Below, in pieces: positions 14,988 to 17,777 of a stretch of DNA of 17,777 nucleotides. Position 1 is the first letter of the stretch. The number at the start of each line of letters is the position of its first letter. The stretch is taken from assembly GCA_027021705.1 (NCBI GenBank), contig JALUTT010000016.1:1-17777 (forward strand), read 5' to 3'. This stretch comes from Anaerolineae bacterium (GTDB lineage: Bacteria > Chloroflexota > Anaerolineae > S140-20). Position numbers and translations under genes: made by a program. The notes under the pieces were generated by a model. It was not told where the DNA came from and did not search any database. It saw only the letters and a program-made list of their open reading frames with translations.

Positions 14988-16280
14988 GTGGGGCGGAGAG
15001 GTGCCCGGACGGGCCTGCTCATCCTGGTCCTGATCCTGGTCACAGGCTGGCTCCTCTGGCAGTGGTCTGTCCGGGCAAGCTTTCCCGCCCCATCGTTGCC
15101 TTCACCCTCGCCGACGCCGACGCTGCGTTCCAGCGCGACGCCCGTTCCCTCACCGACCCCTACCGCCAGTCCCGTCGCGCCCGTTGCGCTGCAGGACCCC
15201 CCTCCTCCCTCCCCGACACCTACGCCCACCCCAGGCCCTCCCCCCCTCTCCTCGTCCGACTGGGTGCGGGGGCCGGAGGAGGCAAAGGTCACGCTGATCG
15301 AGTACGCCGACTTCCAGTGCCTGGCCTGCGCGACGCTGGCCGGCTGGCTGACGCGCCTGTCCGATGAAGTGCCGGGGGGCGTGCGCTTGGTCTACCGCCA
15401 CTATCCCCTCCCTAAGCTCCACGACCGGGCCGTGGTAGCTGCTGAGGTCGCCGAAGCAGCGGGTGCCCAAGGCCGCTTCTGGGCGATGCACGACCTCCTA
15501 TACTGGCGTCAGGACGAGTGGACAAAGGTGCCCGAAGAGAACCTGCTCGACCTGTGGGTCGGTTACGCCCGGGAGCTGGGTCTGGACACGGACCGCTTCC
15601 GACGGGATCTGGAGAGCCGGCGCTATCGGCGTCGCGTCCTGGATGCCTACCAGGCTGCCGCGTCCATCCCCATGGCCGGCGTCCCCACCCTCTTCATCAA
15701 CGGCGTGCGCTATCGGGGGCCCCTGAACCGACAATCGCTGTCGGCGATGCTCCAGGTCGCCGCCCAGCGCCCTCTCTACCCCGCCCCTCCACCGATGACA
15801 CTGGACCTGACCCACACCTACACGGCCACGCTGGTCACCCGCCACGGCGAGATCGTCATCCGGCTGCACCCGGAGTGGGCCCCCCAGGCGGTGAACAGCT
15901 TCGTCTTCCTGGCCCGTCAAGGCTGGTACGATGGCCTCCCCTTCCACACCGTCCTGCCGGGCCGGCTGGCGGTCACCGGGGACCCCAGTGGGACCGGGTT
16001 GGGAGGGCCGGGATACTACCTGCCCGACGAGATCATCGCTGCACTGCGCTTCAACCGACCTGGGCGGGTCGCCCTGGCCAACGAGGGTTGGCCCAACACC
16101 GGCGGCAGTCAGTTCTTCATCACCGCGCAACCGGCTCCTGAGTTGGATGGCCGCTACACCATCTTCGGTCAGGTCGTGTCGGGCCTGGAGGTGCTGGATG
16201 CCCTCACCCCCAGCCGACCAGGCCCTGAGGGAGTCAGAGATGCGGATCTCCTGGAACGGGTTATCATCGAGGAGCGATAA
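14988..16280 (+). CDS. Membrane-anchored DsbA-like (CxxC) / cyclophilin-like fusion, Cys paralog of the upstream selenoprotein
   Basis: N-terminal TM helix, Pro/Thr/Ser linker, DWVRGP..IEYADFQCLAC, YRHYPL and GVPTLFING, then a cyclophilin-like domain (AVNSFVFLARQGWYDG, NTGGSQFF, YTIFG). It starts 4 nt after the upstream stop. Confidence 0.88.
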   Translation: MGRRGARTGLLILVLILVTGWLLWQWSVRASFPAPSLPSPSPTPTLRSSATPVPSPTPTASPVAPVALQDPPPPSPTPTPTPGPPPLSSSDWVRGPEEAKVTLIEYADFQCLACATLAGWLTRLSDEVPGGVRLVYRHYPLPKLHDRAVVAAEVAEAAGAQGRFWAMHDLLYWRQDEWTKVPEENLLDLWVGYARELGLDTDRFRRDLESRRYRRRVLDAYQAAASIPMAGVPTLFINGVRYRGPLNRQSLSAMLQVAAQRPLYPAPPPMTLDLTHTYTATLVTRHGEIVIRLHPEWAPQAVNSFVFLARQGWYDGLPFHTVLPGRLAVTGDPSGTGLGGPGYYLPDEIIAALRFNRPGRVALANEGWPNTGGSQFFITAQPAPELDGRYTIFGQVVSGLEVLDALTPSRPGPEGVRDADLLERVIIEER

Positions 16281-16284
16281 GCCT

Positions 16285-17604
16285 ATGGACACCTCCCCGC
16301 CGACGCTTCCCCAAGGGCAACCTGTCGAAGGCATAGGGGGGCAGCCGGTCTCCTCCCCACCTCCGCCCTCCCAGGCGCGCCAAGCCGGACTGGTCCTGCT
16401 GGTCCTCAGCGGATGTGGCGTGATGCTCTGCTTGGTTGGAACGGGGCTTCTGGTCCTCTTCGTGGGCCTGGCGGAGGGTGCCGGGGAGGCGGATTCCTGG
16501 TTCATCGCCGTGGGCCTCCTGGCTCTGGGGCTGGGCCTGGCCCTGCCCCTCACCTGGCAGGGCGGTGCGGCGCTGCTGAGACGCCCCTCGGCTCCTTTCA
16601 CTCCCCGACGCGCCTGGCCTTTGGCCCTCCTCTTCTTCGTCGCCTTGGCGGGCGGTCAGCTTGTGCTGATCCTGAAGTTGATGCCCGGGGTGGTGATGCC
16701 CTTCTTCCACCTCATCGCGACGGTAGTCCCGCCACTGCTCGTCGTCGCGCTGGTAGCCCGCCACCTGCACCGCAGGGCCGGCTTGCGCTTCAGCCGACGG
16801 GAGGTGATCTTCCACCTGGCAGCCGGAGCGCTGGGGGCCACCTTTCCCGCCCTGATCCTGGAGGGGATCGGTGCCCTCTTCCTGGTCCTCTTCCTCGCTG
16901 TGGGCATCCTCGTCCTGCCGGGCGGCGAAGCTTACCTGGAGGCCCTCCGACAACAGTTGGAGATGGTCGGCCAGTTACCCGACGCTGACCGGGCAATGGC
17001 TCTGCTCCGGCGGCCGGAAGCCATCCTCTTCCTGTTGCTCCTCTTCGCCGTCATCACCCCTCTGGTCGAGGAGTTCCTCAAGCCCTGGGCGGCTGTGCTC
17101 TTGAGCGGCCGCCGCCGTCCGCCTCCAGGACGGGTCTTCTTCTGGGGGGTTGTCGCGGGAGCAGGCTTCGCCATCGCCGAGGGCTTCTTCAACGTCGCCC
17201 TCTCCGTGGGGGTCTGGACGGCCACGGCCCTGCTGCGGGCGGTGACGGCCACGCTCCACAGCTTGGGGACGGGGGTGGTCGCGCTGGGGTGGGGCCGTTT
17301 CTGGACCGAGCGGCGAGCCGGTCCGCTGCTGGGAGGCTACCTGCTGGCCTTGGTCCTCCACGCCCTCTGGAACGGGGCCATCGTGGGGCTGCAGGTGGTC
17401 GGAGCCTTCCTGGCCTGGTCGGAAGGCGGTCAGGGGGCGGAGGCGCCGACCCCCTACCTGCCCGCGCTGATCCTCCTGGCAGTGCTGGCGATGAGCCTGT
17501 TGGGGATGCTGCTGGTGGCGGTGCCGGGCCTCTTAGCTGCCGTCACCCGGCGGGTGGCCGTCCAGGAGGCCTCCCGAGAGGCCGGCTCCTTGACCGACGG
17601 CTGA
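16285..17604 (+). CDS. PrsW-family intramembrane glutamic/metalloprotease
   Basis: Multi-TM protein with PLVEEFLK, GAGFAIAEG, ATLHS and LHALWN motifs. ATG 16285 lies 4 nt after the upstream stop with GAGGAG before it; the longer 15931 start is spurious. Confidence 0.85.
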   Translation: MDTSPPTLPQGQPVEGIGGQPVSSPPPPSQARQAGLVLLVLSGCGVMLCLVGTGLLVLFVGLAEGAGEADSWFIAVGLLALGLGLALPLTWQGGAALLRRPSAPFTPRRAWPLALLFFVALAGGQLVLILKLMPGVVMPFFHLIATVVPPLLVVALVARHLHRRAGLRFSRREVIFHLAAGALGATFPALILEGIGALFLVLFLAVGILVLPGGEAYLEALRQQLEMVGQLPDADRAMALLRRPEAILFLLLLFAVITPLVEEFLKPWAAVLLSGRRRPPPGRVFFWGVVAGAGFAIAEGFFNVALSVGVWTATALLRAVTATLHSLGTGVVALGWGRFWTERRAGPLLGGYLLALVLHALWNGAIVGLQVVGAFLAWSEGGQGAEAPTPYLPALILLAVLAMSLLGMLLVAVPGLLAAVTRRVAVQEASREAGSLTDG

Positions 17605-17635
17605 CTGCCGACCGCCGGCCTAGCGGCCTGGCGAC
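17594..17635. repeat. 42-bp repeat, inverted copy of 9031-9072
   Basis: 38/42 identity to the reverse complement of 9031-9072 by manual alignment. Confidence 0.8.
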
Positions 17636-17777
17636 TTAACGACTGGCGGCTTAGTACAGCTTTGCACAAGTTCGTTCCTAGTAAGGATGGGTAAGCGAAC
17701 CGGTGAGAGGCAGGCTCAGTGCAAACCGGCCACGCTTCCGACCTGCCTCAAGCGTCCACGGAAGGCACGATGGGAGC

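Noticed and set aside
15318..15360. Vestigial SECIS after the Cys codon of the second paralog
   Set aside because: Only short GC-rich pairings (GCGCG/CGCGC) are present, as expected by chance at this GC content.
15931..16284. 118-aa N-terminal extension of the PrsW-family ORF
   Set aside because: It overlaps the upstream cyclophilin domain in another frame; ATG 16285 has an RBS and operon-like spacing.

Overview
High-GC bacterial window whose protein motifs and repeats suggest Chloroflexota/Anaerolineae (inference). All real genes are on the + strand. Left part (1-12040): the 3' part of a probable secreted two-domain protein with a Pro/Thr linker, then an envelope glycosylation cluster. The cluster has three ArnT/PMT-like GT-C membrane glycosyltransferases with C-terminal beta-rich domains, an LPG-synthase-TM/UPF0104 flippase-like protein and a YfhO-family protein. 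It is interrupted by a repeat-rich patch carrying a small inverted-repeat element and a C-terminal Rpn-family fragment. Middle: a vapBC-type toxin-antitoxin pair with a clear sigma70 promoter. Right part: a promoter and ~220-nt structured leader, followed by a probable operon of a small conserved protein, two tandem DsbA-like/cyclophilin fusions and a PrsW-family intramembrane protease. The main finding is that the first fusion, which the ORF track splits in two, is very likely one selenoprotein. An in-frame TGA (14012-14014) sits at the first Cys of the thioredoxin motif (GDFQ-U-PYC) and is followed by a bacterial SECIS-like hairpin. The adjacent paralog has Cys (DFQ-C-LAC) but a degenerate cyclophilin active site.
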